Source: Ruminococcus flavefaciens (GTDB lineage Bacteria > Bacillota > Clostridia > Oscillospirales > Ruminococcaceae). Taken from it: a DNA stretch of 64,000 nt. The stretch spans positions 4,471 to 68,470 of the forward strand of contig JAMPIL010000008.1 in the NCBI GenBank assembly GCA_023662725.1. Direction: 5' to 3'. Both the position numbers and the translations under genes were made by a program. Shown here piece after piece: positions 1 to 10,681 of this stretch; position 1 is the first letter of the stretch, and each line of letters opens with the position of its first letter. The notes below the pieces were generated by a model, which saw only the letters and a list, made by a program, of their open reading frames with translations, was not told the DNA's origin and did not search any database.

Positions 1-1685
1 ATAAAATTTACTGCGCTTACAGATTTAACGGCTTGACAATGGAAATGTTCACTGCGGTAAACGATATGTTTTCAAATCCAATGCCAAGCTTCAAGGCTGC
101 CGATATTTTGGCAGGATTTATTACAGCGGCAGCTTTCAAGCTGTTTCTGTACATCAAGAAGAAAAACAAGAAAAATTACCGCGACAAGGAAGAATACGGC
201 TCTGCACGCTGGGGAACGGCAAAGGATATTGAACCGTATGTTGATACGGAAAATCCCAAAAACAATATAATCCTCACTCAGACCGAGTGTTTGACTATGA
301 ACGGCAGAGTGCCTAATCCGAAATACGCACGAAATAAAAATATACTTGTTGTGGGCGGTTCAGGTTCAGGCAAAACAAGATTTTTCGTAAAGCCTAATAT
401 CATGCAAATGCACAGCAGCTACGTTGTCACCGACCCGAAAGGCACGATAGTTTTAGAGTGCGGAAAAATGCTGCAAACGGCAGGATACCGCATAAAAGTC
501 ATAAACACTATAAACATGGACAAGTCCATGCACTACAATCCTTTCGCCTATCTGCACAGCGAGGAAGATATTCTGAACCTTGCAAATACGATAATCACCA
601 ACACAAAAGGCGAGGGAGACAAAAGCGGAGAAGATTTTTGGGTAAAAGCTGAAAGACTGCTTTATGTTGCGTTTATCGCTTTGATATATTATGAATTTCC
701 TGCCGAAGAAAAACATTTCGGTACGCTCTTATGGCTTATCAACCAGTGCGAAACACGGGAGGACGATGAAACGTTCAAGAACCGTGTTGACATTGCTTTT
801 GAAAAGCTTGAAAAGAAAAAGGGCGAAGACCATTTTGCGGTAAGACAGTACAAAAAATATAAACTGGCGGCAGGAAAGACCGCAAAATCTATCCTTATTT
901 CGTGCGGCGCGAGACTTGCGCCGTTTGACATAGAAAAAGTCAGAAAAATGATGGCTTATGACGAAATGGAACTTGACACGCTCGGAGACCCCGACCAAAA
1001 AACGGCTCTGTTCGTAATAGTTTCGGACACGTCAACAACTTTCAATTTTATTATTGCGATGTTGTACACGCAGCTTTTCAATCTGCTCTGTACCGTCGCT
1101 GATGATAAATACGGCGGCAGACTGCCTACTCACGTTCGCTGTCTGCTTGATGAGTTTGCGAACATCGGGCAAATCCCGAATTTCGATAAGCTCATAGCCA
1201 CTATCAGAAGCCGTGAAATATCGGCTTCTATTATTTTGCAGTCCAAATCGCAGTTAAAAGCGATTTACAAAGATAACGCCGATACCATTATCGGCAACTG
1301 TGATACCGAACTGTTTCTCGGCGGAAAGGAAAAGTCAACACTCAAGGAGTTGTCCGAAATTTTAGGTAAACAGACTATCGACCTTTTCACCACATCGGAA
1401 ACAAGAGGACAGTCGCAGTCATCAGGGACTAATTACAACAGAACAGGGAGGGAGCTGATGTCACAGGACGAAATCGCGGTAATGGACGGCGGCAAATGTA
1501 TCATGCAAATCAGAGGAACGAGAGCGTTTTTCTCGGACAAGTTTGATATTACAAAGCACGACCGTTACAAGGAATTATCTGATTTCGACCCTAAAAACAC
1601 ATTTGACATAACGGGATATGTCAAATCAAGAGCAAAAATCAAGAAAAACGACGAAATAGAAATCATGTCCCGAATGGTTTTCTAA
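1..1685 (+). CDS. virD4: Type IV coupling protein VirD4/TraG (5' partial; frame is open from position 3)
   Basis: YGSARW motif, Walker A GGSGSGKT, DPKG, LLDEFAN Walker B, ILQS motif. Confidence 0.93.
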   Translation, partial: KIYCAYRFNGLTMEMFTAVNDMFSNPMPSFKAADILAGFITAAAFKLFLYIKKKNKKNYRDKEEYGSARWGTAKDIEPYVDTENPKNNIILTQTECLTMNGRVPNPKYARNKNILVVGGSGSGKTRFFVKPNIMQMHSSYVVTDPKGTIVLECGKMLQTAGYRIKVINTINMDKSMHYNPFAYLHSEEDILNLANTIITNTKGEGDKSGEDFWVKAERLLYVAFIALIYYEFPAEEKHFGTLLWLINQCETREDDETFKNRVDIAFEKLEKKKGEDHFAVRQYKKYKLAAGKTAKSILISCGARLAPFDIEKVRKMMAYDEMELDTLGDPDQKTALFVIVSDTSTTFNFIIAMLYTQLFNLLCTVADDKYGGRLPTHVRCLLDEFANIGQIPNFDKLIATIRSREISASIILQSKSQLKAIYKDNADTIIGNCDTELFLGGKEKSTLKELSEILGKQTIDLFTTSETRGQSQSSGTNYNRTGRELMSQDEIAVMDGGKCIMQIRGTRAFFSDKFDITKHDRYKELSDFDPKNTFDITGYVKSRAKIKKNDEIEIMSRMVF

Positions 1686-1719
1686 CCGTCAAAGCATTTA
1701 TTTTATGGAGGTAAAACCA

Positions 1720-1941
1720 ATGGATTTTTTTGCAGACGCAATAGGCGCATTACAGACAGTTATGATACTTATCGGCGCAGGACTTGGCGCATGGGGAATT
1801 TTCGGCTTGCTTGAAGCGTACAGTTCCGATAATGCAGCAGCCAAAGCTTCGGGTATAAAGCAAATCATGGGCGGAGGAGGAATCATACTTCTTGCCACAA
1901 TACTTATCCCGAAGCTGAAAGACCTCATGTCAACATCATGA
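1720..1941 (+). CDS. Maff2-family small membrane (pilin-like) conjugation protein
   Basis: GGAGG SD before ATG 1720; two hydrophobic helices, GLGAWG and GIKQIMGGGGI motifs; position after virD4. Confidence 0.75.
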   Translation: MDFFADAIGALQTVMILIGAGLGAWGIFGLLEAYSSDNAAAKASGIKQIMGGGGIILLATILIPKLKDLMSTS

Positions 1942-1955
1942 GTGTATTCCAGAAA

Positions 1956-1975
1956 GCGTGTCACGGTGACACACT
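1956..1975 (+). repeat. Dispersed palindrome copy 1 (core GTGTCACGGTGACAC 1958-1972)
   Basis: Exact 15-bp core in intergenic gap after the Maff2-like gene. Confidence 0.95.
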
Positions 1976-2040
1976 GAAATAATATAAAAATGCCGTCACG
2001 ATTTTATTCGTGGCGGCACAATATTCGGGAGGTGATTTAT

Positions 2041-2982
2041 TTGGGAAAAGTAAGCGATGCGATTGATGGTATTAAGGACGGTATTGTAGATGCAATAGAA
2101 GAATTTATACAGAAAACATTAGGCGGCATGATTGAAAGTATTCTTACAACATCAGCAGACTGCCTTGAAACTGCAATTGGAGACGCAAGCAGTAAAGTTT
2201 CTGTAACTCCAAGCGGTTGGCTCAGCGGAAAAATGCCTGACGGTCAGTCGCCATACGAAGTTCTTCAGCAAATTTCCAATGCAGCAATTATGCCGATAGC
2301 TATAGGTATAATGGCGATTATTATCTGCTATGACCTGATTTCAGCTTGTACCGACAAAAACAGTTTCAAGGAATTTGACACATCAATATTTTTTCGATTT
2401 ATTGTCAAAGCGTGGGTAGCAATTTATTTTATGAATAACTGTTTCACTATTTTTTCGGGAATATTCGATATAGGGGCGTCGATAGTCAGCAAAACCACAG
2501 CGATAATTACTTCATCAAACGTTTCTGTGACAAGCCAGTTAGCACAAGTTTTCTCCGGAAAATGGTACACCAATTTCTCTGTTGGACAGCTTTCCACTTC
2601 GCTTTTGCTATCGCTGTTGACCTATATAGCCTCATTAGCTATATTTGTTATTATCATGGTCGTCACGGCTGGGCGAATGATAGAAATAATGATTTATTTC
2701 TGCTCCGCCCCTATTCCATTTGCAACAATGACGAACAAAGAATGGAGTCATATCGGGTTTTCGTTCCTTAAAACACTGTTCGCCTTTGCGCTTCAATCAT
2801 TCATCATAATTGTTATTCTTGTACTGTTTGAAGTCATTTTCAATGCAGAGGTCATAACGGCAATCAGCGATATGGATTCTCTTCCATTAGCACTGCTTAA
2901 GTGGTTGGGTTATGCTACTGTCTGCTGCTTTATGCTTTTAAAATCCGGAAGTATAGCAAAATCAATTTGCGGAACGCATTAA
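2041..2982 (+). CDS. VirB6/TrbL-like polytopic conjugation membrane protein
   Basis: GGAGGTGA SD before TTG 2041; multiple TM segments; GRMIEIMIY..APIPFAT motif typical of Firmicutes ICE VirB6. Confidence 0.8.
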   Translation: MGKVSDAIDGIKDGIVDAIEEFIQKTLGGMIESILTTSADCLETAIGDASSKVSVTPSGWLSGKMPDGQSPYEVLQQISNAAIMPIAIGIMAIIICYDLISACTDKNSFKEFDTSIFFRFIVKAWVAIYFMNNCFTIFSGIFDIGASIVSKTTAIITSSNVSVTSQLAQVFSGKWYTNFSVGQLSTSLLLSLLTYIASLAIFVIIMVVTAGRMIEIMIYFCSAPIPFATMTNKEWSHIGFSFLKTLFAFALQSFIIIVILVLFEVIFNAEVITAISDMDSLPLALLKWLGYATVCCFMLLKSGSIAKSICGTH

Positions 2983-2994
2983 GGAGGTCGAAAA

Positions 2995-3384
2995 ATGGCT
3001 TTATACATGAAAATACCAAAAGATTTGAACAATATCAAAGACACGGTAATGTTCAAAATGACAAAACGCCAGCTCATTTTCAACGCTATAGGCTTAGCAT
3101 TGGGTTTTACAGCATTTTGGCTGACATACAAGCCGCTTGGAACAAGCACGGCAGGAATTTTGCTGTTTTGTCTCGGCTGTCCGTTCTTTATCATGGGAAT
3201 GTACGAAAGAAACGGATTTACGCTTGAAAAAATATTGCTGAACTTTATACGGTACAAGCTCTGTCCGCAGATACGACCGTATAAGACGGAAAACATTTAC
3301 CGTAAAATTGCGGAAGAAATTGAATACAAGAAAGAGGTGGAAATGCTTGAAACAGTCAGAAAAAAAGTCAAACTCAAAAACTAA
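2995..3384 (+). CDS. prgI: PrgI-family (VirB3-like) protein
   Basis: IPKDLNNIKDTVMFKMTKRQL N-terminus, two TM helices, directly before virB4. Confidence 0.85.
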   Translation: MALYMKIPKDLNNIKDTVMFKMTKRQLIFNAIGLALGFTAFWLTYKPLGTSTAGILLFCLGCPFFIMGMYERNGFTLEKILLNFIRYKLCPQIRPYKTENIYRKIAEEIEYKKEVEMLETVRKKVKLKN

Positions 3385-5833
3385 GACCGTGCCGCTTTCA
3401 AAACAGGAATATGAAGCTGTCAAGCAAAGTGTTTCGGCAAAAGAAAAACAGCGGAACGCCGTTAAATTGCCGCAAACCGCACAGCAGTCCATACCCTTTG
3501 ACTATATGACCAAAGACGGTATTGCGGTATCAAGCGAACATGAAAAATTTTCGCTTATTGCATTTCTGTTCGGAAAAAAGAAGCCGACGGAAATAAGGTA
3601 CAGCAAGACGGTACAGTTTTACGACGTTGATTACGAAATAGCGGAAATTTCAAAACAGCAGAATATTTTCGCTAAATACTGCGGTCTGCTGAACTGCTTT
3701 GACAGCAGTGTGAAATTTCAGATTTCCGTTGTGAATGTCACAAACGACGATGATTTTGAGGACATAATAGAGCTGCCGGAACGTAACGACGATTTCAACG
3801 ATATTCGCAAGGAATACTGCGATATGCTCCGTGAAAAGCTTGCAAAGGGCAATAACGGCTTTATCCGTGTGAATTATATAACCTTTTCCGTAACGGAAAA
3901 AAATATAAACAAGGCACGTCAGCAGCTCACGGGAATTGAAAAAGACGTTATCCGTGCATTAAGGTCATTCGGCGTGGCGGCTGTTCCGCTGAACGGAGAG
4001 GAAAGGCTGTTTGCACTGTACAAAATGCTTCACCAATACTCAAACGACACGTTTCTGTGCGATTTTGACAGTATGTCCGAAGCCGGATATATGCCAAATG
4101 ACTACATTGCGCCGTCCTCGCTTAATTTCTCCAAAAAAGACGAGTTCAAGTGCGGAAATTTCTGCGGCTCTACATTTTCAATCAATTTGCTTGCTTCGGA
4201 AGTATCGGACAGATTTCTTTCAGACCTTATGGACACGGAAAATCCCATAGCTTTCAATATGCACTTTACGGCGGTGGATAACCTTGAAGCTAAAAAATTC
4301 GTCAAACTGAAATTATCCAACGTTGAAAAAATGAAAGTTGACGAACAGAAAAAAGCGGCACAGCAAGGCTACGATATGGACATTCTTCCTCCCGACATGA
4401 AAACATACATCAATGAACTTAACGTTCTGCTTGACGATTTGGAAAACAAAAATGAGAGAATGTTCCTTGTGACTATCCTTGTAACCAATTTTGCCAAAAG
4501 CGGAAAAATGCTGAACGTGTGCAACGACAGACTTAATCGTATCGTTTTACAGGCAAATTCACAGCTTATTCCTCTTGACTATCGGCAGGATTTGGGACTT
4601 GCTTCAATTCTTCCCCTTGCGGAAAACAGGATTGAAATAGAACGTCGCCTGACTACAAGCTCGGCTGCTATTTTCCTGCCATTCTCCACAAAAGAAATTT
4701 TTATGGGCGGTGAAGCCGTGTATTACGGTCTTAATCAGATTTCCGACAATATGATTATGGCTGACAGAAAACAGCTTGACAACCCTAACGGTATAGTATT
4801 GGGTGTTCCGGGCGGCGGTAAGTCGTTTCAGGTCAAATGTGAAATAGCTCCGGTTTTTCTGTTCACAAACGACGATATTATGATTTGCGACCCCGAAGAT
4901 GAGTATCATCCGCTTGTCAAGGAATTTCATGGACAGGTCATTGAGATTTCAACCGACAGCTCAGACTATATAAATCCCATGGATATTGACCGAAACAGCG
5001 GCGAGGAAGATATTATCGGCGTAAAATCGGAGTTTATTATCTCTCTTTGCGAACTTGTTGCAGGAGGAAAATACGGACTTGACCCGCAGGAAATTTCAAT
5101 TATCGACCGTTGTGTACGAAATCTGTACATAAACTTTTTTTCGGAAATGGAAAATGCGACCGAGGAAGAATTCAAGGCAAATATGCCGATTTTAGGCGAT
5201 TTGCAAAAGGCTCTTATTGAGACCGGAGAAGATTACGCAAGGCGTGTTGCAAATTCCCTTGAAATTTACGTTACTGGTTCTCTGAATATTTTCAATCACC
5301 GCACAAACGTTGATTTGAAGAACCGTATCGTCTGCTACAACATCAAAAAGCTGAAAAATACACTCAGAAAGCTCGGTATGCTGATAGTGCAAGACCAAGT
5401 ATGGAACAAGGTTTCAATGAACCGCGGCAAAAAATCAACATGGTACTACATGGACGAATTTCACTTGCTGCTCAAGGAGGAACAGACCGCAAAATATTCC
5501 GTTGAGATGTGGAAACGTTTCAGAAAATGGGGCGGTATTCCTACCGGACTTACGCAGAATGTAAATGATTTTCTTTCATCGAAAGAAGTCGAATCCATTT
5601 TTGACAATTCCTCGTTTGTCATAATGCTGAAACAGGCGGTCGGAGACGTTGACGTGCTTGCACAAAAACTGAAAATTTCTCCCTCGCAGCAGAAATATAT
5701 TGAAAGCACTGTGCCGAGGGGCAGCGGACTTATTTACTATGGCGGAAGTATTCTTCCATTCAACAACCGTTTCCCGACTGATACAAAGCTTTACGGACTT
5801 ATGACAACAAAGCCGCAGGAAAGCATGATTTGA
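3308..5833 (+). CDS. virB4: VirB4-like conjugative ATPase (true start may be TTG near 3348)
   Basis: Walker A GVPGGGKSF, DPEDEY, Walker B MDEFH, RKWGG motif. Confidence 0.92.
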   Translation: MRKKLNTRKRWKCLKQSEKKSNSKTKTVPLSKQEYEAVKQSVSAKEKQRNAVKLPQTAQQSIPFDYMTKDGIAVSSEHEKFSLIAFLFGKKKPTEIRYSKTVQFYDVDYEIAEISKQQNIFAKYCGLLNCFDSSVKFQISVVNVTNDDDFEDIIELPERNDDFNDIRKEYCDMLREKLAKGNNGFIRVNYITFSVTEKNINKARQQLTGIEKDVIRALRSFGVAAVPLNGEERLFALYKMLHQYSNDTFLCDFDSMSEAGYMPNDYIAPSSLNFSKKDEFKCGNFCGSTFSINLLASEVSDRFLSDLMDTENPIAFNMHFTAVDNLEAKKFVKLKLSNVEKMKVDEQKKAAQQGYDMDILPPDMKTYINELNVLLDDLENKNERMFLVTILVTNFAKSGKMLNVCNDRLNRIVLQANSQLIPLDYRQDLGLASILPLAENRIEIERRLTTSSAAIFLPFSTKEIFMGGEAVYYGLNQISDNMIMADRKQLDNPNGIVLGVPGGGKSFQVKCEIAPVFLFTNDDIMICDPEDEYHPLVKEFHGQVIEISTDSSDYINPMDIDRNSGEEDIIGVKSEFIISLCELVAGGKYGLDPQEISIIDRCVRNLYINFFSEMENATEEEFKANMPILGDLQKALIETGEDYARRVANSLEIYVTGSLNIFNHRTNVDLKNRIVCYNIKKLKNTLRKLGMLIVQDQVWNKVSMNRGKKSTWYYMDEFHLLLKEEQTAKYSVEMWKRFRKWGGIPTGLTQNVNDFLSSKEVESIFDNSSFVIMLKQAVGDVDVLAQKLKISPSQQKYIESTVPRGSGLIYYGGSILPFNNRFPTDTKLYGLMTTKPQESMI

Positions 5834-5834
5834 G

Positions 5835-8800
5835 GTGAGTTATGTGAGCAACCGTGACGAACAGTTATTAGCGTTGGAAGCTGCTGTGAAAAGTGCGGAA
5901 AGCAAGCTTAAATCAGCAGAAATGACGGTAAAGGACGTTGATGGGAAAATAAAGTCAGCTGACGAGGCTTTTGAACAAAAGCTTGCCGAAAAAGCGGCAG
6001 GATACAAGGAGCAGACGGGAGCTGATTTCAGCCGTACAGTTGATGAAAACGGCAGAGTTACCTACTCTTTCAGCCGTGAAAAAACGGAAAAAGAGCGGAA
6101 CAAGAGCCGCAATCTGACGATAAAACGGTCTTTTGACAGCGAAACGGGAAAAGTCAAACATAAAATAGAGCTTACCGACAACGGCAGTCAGACTGTCGCT
6201 GTAAATTCGGCAAAAGACCTGAAAAAGCCTAAGAACAGAAAAAGATATATTGCATATAACCTGTTCGGCTATCGGAAACTGGAGTTAAGCACAGAGGTCA
6301 ACAATCCGTTTCTGAATACTGTCGGAAAGCCGATAATTGTTCCGATTCAGACCGCAGCTCGGCTTGCGGAAAAATTCAAAGATACCGCCGCAAAAGTTGC
6401 TGACAGCTCTGTTGGAAGAGGTGTTTCTGACGCTGCTAAAATTGTTTCCGCTCCAATCGTTATTCCTGCAAAAATAGTCAAGGATATTGCGGATAAAGGC
6501 GGAGTGATACACGCTGTTACCGATTTGGGCAGCAAAATCAAAATTGAGGGATATAACGTTCCAAAGCCATTGAAAACAGGACTTCATGCCGCTTCATCGG
6601 CAGCAAAGGGAGCTGAAACGCTTACGGTAGGCACGGCTAAAGGCTTGAAAAAATTCTCTGTCGAAATCGCTAAAGAGCAGTTATATCAGAAAATTCACGA
6701 GGGCATATCGGAAAACGAGGGTACTCAGGCGGCTTATGTTATCGGTATCAGAGCCGTTGACGTTTACAAGGTTCTCAACGAACACGCAAAATTCCGAAAA
6801 GCCGTAAGGAGAGACAAGGCAGGAAACGACGTTAAGGACGTGAATGTTTCGCGCTATCTTGCGGAAAAGGAAGAAGCCAAATTTGCTAAGGTTCAAGACA
6901 GACTTGAAGCGGAAAGAGCAGCCGCCGATTATTCGGCGGACAATGCAAGAAAAGAATACGAAGCGGCAAAGAAAAGAGAAGAAATTGCCAATTCGATTTC
7001 TAAAAAAGGTGCTGAAAAAAAGGACACAGAAAAAAATCCCAGCAAAATTGATAAAGAAATTGAAAAAACAAAACAAAAACTAAGGTCTGCTCAGAAGCAT
7101 AAATACAAGCTAAGCATGAAGCCTGTTTTTGACGAAAAAAAGGGCAAAATTGTTACTAAACCGACAGTCAAGAGAGTGGAAATTACCGGAGAAAAGCCAA
7201 TGACGGCTTTGCAGACAGGTAAGAAACTCGGAGGACTTGCAGTTCGTGACACTGCTATGAGTATGCGCCGAAAGGCAATGAGAGACGGCGGCGATAATGC
7301 AGGAGTTGAAGCCGCTAATTTTGCAATTACAGCTTCTCAGCAGACAAGGAGAGCCGCTAAAACATTAAATGAAAAAGTACGGCAGTTTTCGGAACGACAC
7401 TATGAGCAGAAGCTTCAAAAACTGAACAATGCGAAAAAGCTTGAAGAACAGACCGTTCCAAAGAGTAAAGCATATGAAAAAAAATCACCGGATAAAAAAA
7501 GAAAAAAGAAATCCGGAAATCAGAAGCATATGCAGAAAAAGAAAATTCAGAGGAAAGTCTATAATCGCAAAAAGAAGGAAAGAGAAGTTTTCAAGAGCAT
7601 TGTGAACGATGTTAAGGGTTTCGTTTTCAAGCAGTTAAAAGGTGCGGGAATTGTGATTGCCGGAATTATGGCTGTCGTTCTTCTGCCTATGCTGTTTCTT
7701 ACAATGTGCGGCGGTGGCGGCGGTCTCGCTTCATCAGGTGTATTTAAGAGTCCGCTTGACTTATATGACATTGGTTCTATAGACCTTTATTACACAGAGC
7801 TTGCAAAGGATATGATTGACACTCACCAAAATATTGAAAGTTACTATGTCGATTATGACAAATATGTTTGTCTTACGGAAATAAGTGAAATCAGTCATTC
7901 TCCCGCAAAACTTTTACCGTGCGTTACGGCTGATATGGAGTACCCTATTGTCGACGAAATGACGAAAGACTGGTTATTAGACAGTGCTAAATCGGAAGTT
8001 GAAGAAATTTTCAACGCACAGTATGAATTTTACACAAATGAAATTCATGAGGTGAGAAAAAATGTTACGACCGTTACATACTCGAACGAGGACAGTTATT
8101 ATTCCGCTTTCGGCACTTCCGAATATAACCTTGAAAGACCGGAGGGAGCGAATATTCCAAATCCGCTGAAATCCGAATATTATACGGGATATGCCAATAC
8201 CTACACTCATGTGGAAGTGCCGATAATAAACGGATATATTGAAAATACGCTTGATTGTATAGGCGTTTACACGGACGAAAACGGTCAGACCACGGAATAT
8301 GAGGATATGCAGACAATGACGTTCTATAACTTTTGGCAGATAACTCTTGTGTTTGATTATATGGACGACGGCGAATATCAGGAATACTGGAAATACACAG
8401 AACAGCGGCAGGAGTATTTTGAGTACGACTACTATATCCTTGAATATGCTATCAGGGAAAACAACATTGAAGTGCCTGACAGCTACTGGTCTGATACCGA
8501 TGAAAACTGGCAGGACAATAATTTTAACAGGCTGATTTACAATATAGTTTCGGATATGGACGGAGAAGAACAGGCATTTTTCTACGGATACCTTGCGTTC
8601 AATATGGGGCGGCAGATTTTCAAAAGTCCGTTTTTGGATGCTCAGATAGCAAAATATCCGGGATACAACACTGATATTTACGGAGATATGTCGCTTGAAA
8701 ATAGCATTATTTTCTACTCCTCGGCAGGGCAGGAAATAGTATGTGGCACTGACGGCGAAATCACTGTAACAGATAACGGTTTTTCTGTATATAACAAAAA

Positions 8801-8957
8801 ATACGGAACTCTGTACTATGAGGGAGCGACTGCTCCAACTGCGCAAACAGGTACTAAAGGCGCAGTAGTATCAACTGCAACAGGCGATACGCTAAAAGTT
8901 ACCTATATTGACAACGACGGCAATTATGTTAATCCATTATTTGCTTTTCAAAACTAA
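5835..8957 (+). CDS. CD1108-like conjugation protein with Lys-rich N-terminus, one TM helix and degenerate M23-like C-terminus
   Basis: Position after virB4; TM near aa 605-630; ends GNYVNP like M23 domains but lacks HxH. Confidence 0.6.
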   Translation: MSYVSNRDEQLLALEAAVKSAESKLKSAEMTVKDVDGKIKSADEAFEQKLAEKAAGYKEQTGADFSRTVDENGRVTYSFSREKTEKERNKSRNLTIKRSFDSETGKVKHKIELTDNGSQTVAVNSAKDLKKPKNRKRYIAYNLFGYRKLELSTEVNNPFLNTVGKPIIVPIQTAARLAEKFKDTAAKVADSSVGRGVSDAAKIVSAPIVIPAKIVKDIADKGGVIHAVTDLGSKIKIEGYNVPKPLKTGLHAASSAAKGAETLTVGTAKGLKKFSVEIAKEQLYQKIHEGISENEGTQAAYVIGIRAVDVYKVLNEHAKFRKAVRRDKAGNDVKDVNVSRYLAEKEEAKFAKVQDRLEAERAAADYSADNARKEYEAAKKREEIANSISKKGAEKKDTEKNPSKIDKEIEKTKQKLRSAQKHKYKLSMKPVFDEKKGKIVTKPTVKRVEITGEKPMTALQTGKKLGGLAVRDTAMSMRRKAMRDGGDNAGVEAANFAITASQQTRRAAKTLNEKVRQFSERHYEQKLQKLNNAKKLEEQTVPKSKAYEKKSPDKKRKKKSGNQKHMQKKKIQRKVYNRKKKEREVFKSIVNDVKGFVFKQLKGAGIVIAGIMAVVLLPMLFLTMCGGGGGLASSGVFKSPLDLYDIGSIDLYYTELAKDMIDTHQNIESYYVDYDKYVCLTEISEISHSPAKLLPCVTADMEYPIVDEMTKDWLLDSAKSEVEEIFNAQYEFYTNEIHEVRKNVTTVTYSNEDSYYSAFGTSEYNLERPEGANIPNPLKSEYYTGYANTYTHVEVPIINGYIENTLDCIGVYTDENGQTTEYEDMQTMTFYNFWQITLVFDYMDDGEYQEYWKYTEQRQEYFEYDYYILEYAIRENNIEVPDSYWSDTDENWQDNNFNRLIYNIVSDMDGEEQAFFYGYLAFNMGRQIFKSPFLDAQIAKYPGYNTDIYGDMSLENSIIFYSSAGQEIVCGTDGEITVTDNGFSVYNKKYGTLYYEGATAPTAQTGTKGAVVSTATGDTLKVTYIDNDGNYVNPLFAFQN

Positions 8958-8974
8958 ATTGAAAGGAGCACATT

Positions 8975-9262
8975 ATGAAAAAAATATCAACCGCAAAGAA
9001 AAAGACAGCCAAGCTGAATGCCGAAATACAGCAGCTTGAAGCTCACATAGCCGATAGCAACAAAAAGCTGTCTGCTTTAAAAGAAGCTAAAGCAGAAGCG
9101 GAAAACACTGAAATCATTTCTATCGTGAGAGGTGCGGATTTATCCGTTGACGATATAGCGGAACTGATTTCAGATTTTACATCGGTAAAAAAATCGCCGC
9201 CAAAGCCTGAAAAGCAAACAGCGGCGGACACGGATTTGAAAGGAGAAGAAATTGCTATATGA
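8975..9262 (+). CDS. DUF4315-like coiled-coil ICE protein
   Basis: KAEAENTEIISIVRG motif and position typical of Clostridiales ICEs. Confidence 0.7.
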   Translation: MKKISTAKKKTAKLNAEIQQLEAHIADSNKKLSALKEAKAEAENTEIISIVRGADLSVDDIAELISDFTSVKKSPPKPEKQTAADTDLKGEEIAI

Positions 9263-10218
9263 CTAAAAGAATTTTTGCTTTTCTCACAGCTTTATCGCTT
9301 GTGACAGGCATTTCAGGAGCTGCCGTTTCAGCGGCAGGAAAAGATGAAACTGCAACAACAGAAACAACTGCCGCTCCGACAGATGAAATAATTGAGGATA
9401 TTACCGGAGAAGAAATTGTTTCTTTAGAAGAATTTCTCGAAAGGAACGAGGAGCTGCAAGCTCAGATTGATGAAATAAGACAGCTTTTTGAGGATAACGG
9501 TTATAACATTGACGGTCTTAACGGCAATGTTGAAAATCTGAACGGAGAAATTGACGGTTTGCAGATGTCGCTCAACGATTTATACAGTCTTATCAATGCG
9601 CTTCAAACGCAGCAAAAGAACAGCAGTGCATCTTCTGTTTCGGGCGGAGGCTCAGCAGCTGCACAGCAAACAACTCCAAAGCAGCAGCCGACAGTTGTTA
9701 CGACTACTACAACAGCTATTGAACCGAATACAGAACCTAACGGCTATCTTGTTGAAAAGGTTGAAAAATATCCGGAGGAACGTGACTTTATTACCGTAAC
9801 CACAAGGGACGGTCACGTTTTCTATATCGTCATAGACTATGAGGGAGAAAATCAGAATGTTTATTTTCTCAATACGGTTGATACGGTCGATTTAAAATAT
9901 CTCCTTGAGGGAAACAGCACGGTAACTACGACCTTTAATGTTGAAACTGAAAATAAAACTACAGAGACAAAGGCAGCCGAAACTACGGAAGAAACAAAAA
10001 AAGCGAAAACAGAAAAAAAGAAAAACAGCAACACTGTTTTATACATAGTCGGTGTAATAGCGATTGTGGCATTTGCGTTCATTGCCAAGAAAAAATTGTC
10101 GGGCGGTAAAAAGAAATTCGACGATGACGAGGATAATGACGGCGGCGATGATTACACAGAGGAAGAACCCGAAATTTATGTAAATGAGGACAGTCGGGAG
10201 GACGATTACGATGAATAA
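9259..10218 (+). CDS. DUF4366 (CD1107-like) cell-surface protein
   Basis: Signal peptide, RDFITVTTRDGHVFYIVID...VYFLNTVD motif, C-terminal TM and acidic tail. Confidence 0.8.
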   Translation: MTKRIFAFLTALSLVTGISGAAVSAAGKDETATTETTAAPTDEIIEDITGEEIVSLEEFLERNEELQAQIDEIRQLFEDNGYNIDGLNGNVENLNGEIDGLQMSLNDLYSLINALQTQQKNSSASSVSGGGSAAAQQTTPKQQPTVVTTTTTAIEPNTEPNGYLVEKVEKYPEERDFITVTTRDGHVFYIVIDYEGENQNVYFLNTVDTVDLKYLLEGNSTVTTTFNVETENKTTETKAAETTEETKKAKTEKKKNSNTVLYIVGVIAIVAFAFIAKKKLSGGKKKFDDDEDNDGGDDYTEEEPEIYVNEDSREDDYDE

Positions 10219-10549
10219 AAAAACGTTTGCTCTTATTGCGTTAGGTTCTTTTGCAGGAGCGGTTTTATATCGCGTTAAAAAGAAACGTCACCAAATATAC
10301 GAATATGCCGAAGCAATAACGGAAATTCTTAACTACCCTGAAATAACAGATTTTAAGCTTTACTCGGATTATTTGCTTGAATATTACGGAATTATCGCAA
10401 AAAATATTTTCGGCAAGGTAGTTGAATATTCATCTTCCGATTTTAACACATCAATAACAAGCGACGATATTCAGGAATACGGAAAAAGCGGCTACGGTTA
10501 CGACATGGACGATTTGGAAATGTTCTTTTCCTCCAACCGTGAATTGTGA
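10211..10549 (+). CDS. Hypothetical protein with N-terminal hydrophobic segment
   Basis: ATG overlapping the previous stop; open frame of 112 aa. Confidence 0.55.
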   Translation: MNKKTFALIALGSFAGAVLYRVKKKRHQIYEYAEAITEILNYPEITDFKLYSDYLLEYYGIIAKNIFGKVVEYSSSDFNTSITSDDIQEYGKSGYGYDMDDLEMFFSSNREL

Positions 10550-10555
10550 GTATAT

Positions 10556-10576
10556 AGTGTGTCACGGTGACACACT
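10556..10576 (+). repeat. Dispersed palindrome copy 2 (AGTGTGTCACGGTGACACACT)
   Basis: Perfect 21-bp palindrome 7 bp after a stop codon, followed by the hairpin ATCCGTCCC...GGGACGGAT. Confidence 0.95.
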
Positions 10577-10681
10577 GAAAAATCCGTCCCGTTTTTGGTC
10601 GGGACGGATAAAATCAATGGGTAATGTATATTATATCCTATTTATTAGGGTTTGTTAATAGAAAAATTTAAATTTTGAAAG

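Noticed and set aside
7420-7600. A-rich tracts as phase-variable repeats
   Set aside because: In-frame Lys-rich coding with no frame disruption
7977-8846. Long antisense ORFs in the track (e.g. 7977-8846, 16261-17154, 29426-30157)
   Set aside because: Shadows of well-supported sense genes with no recognisable motifs or SD
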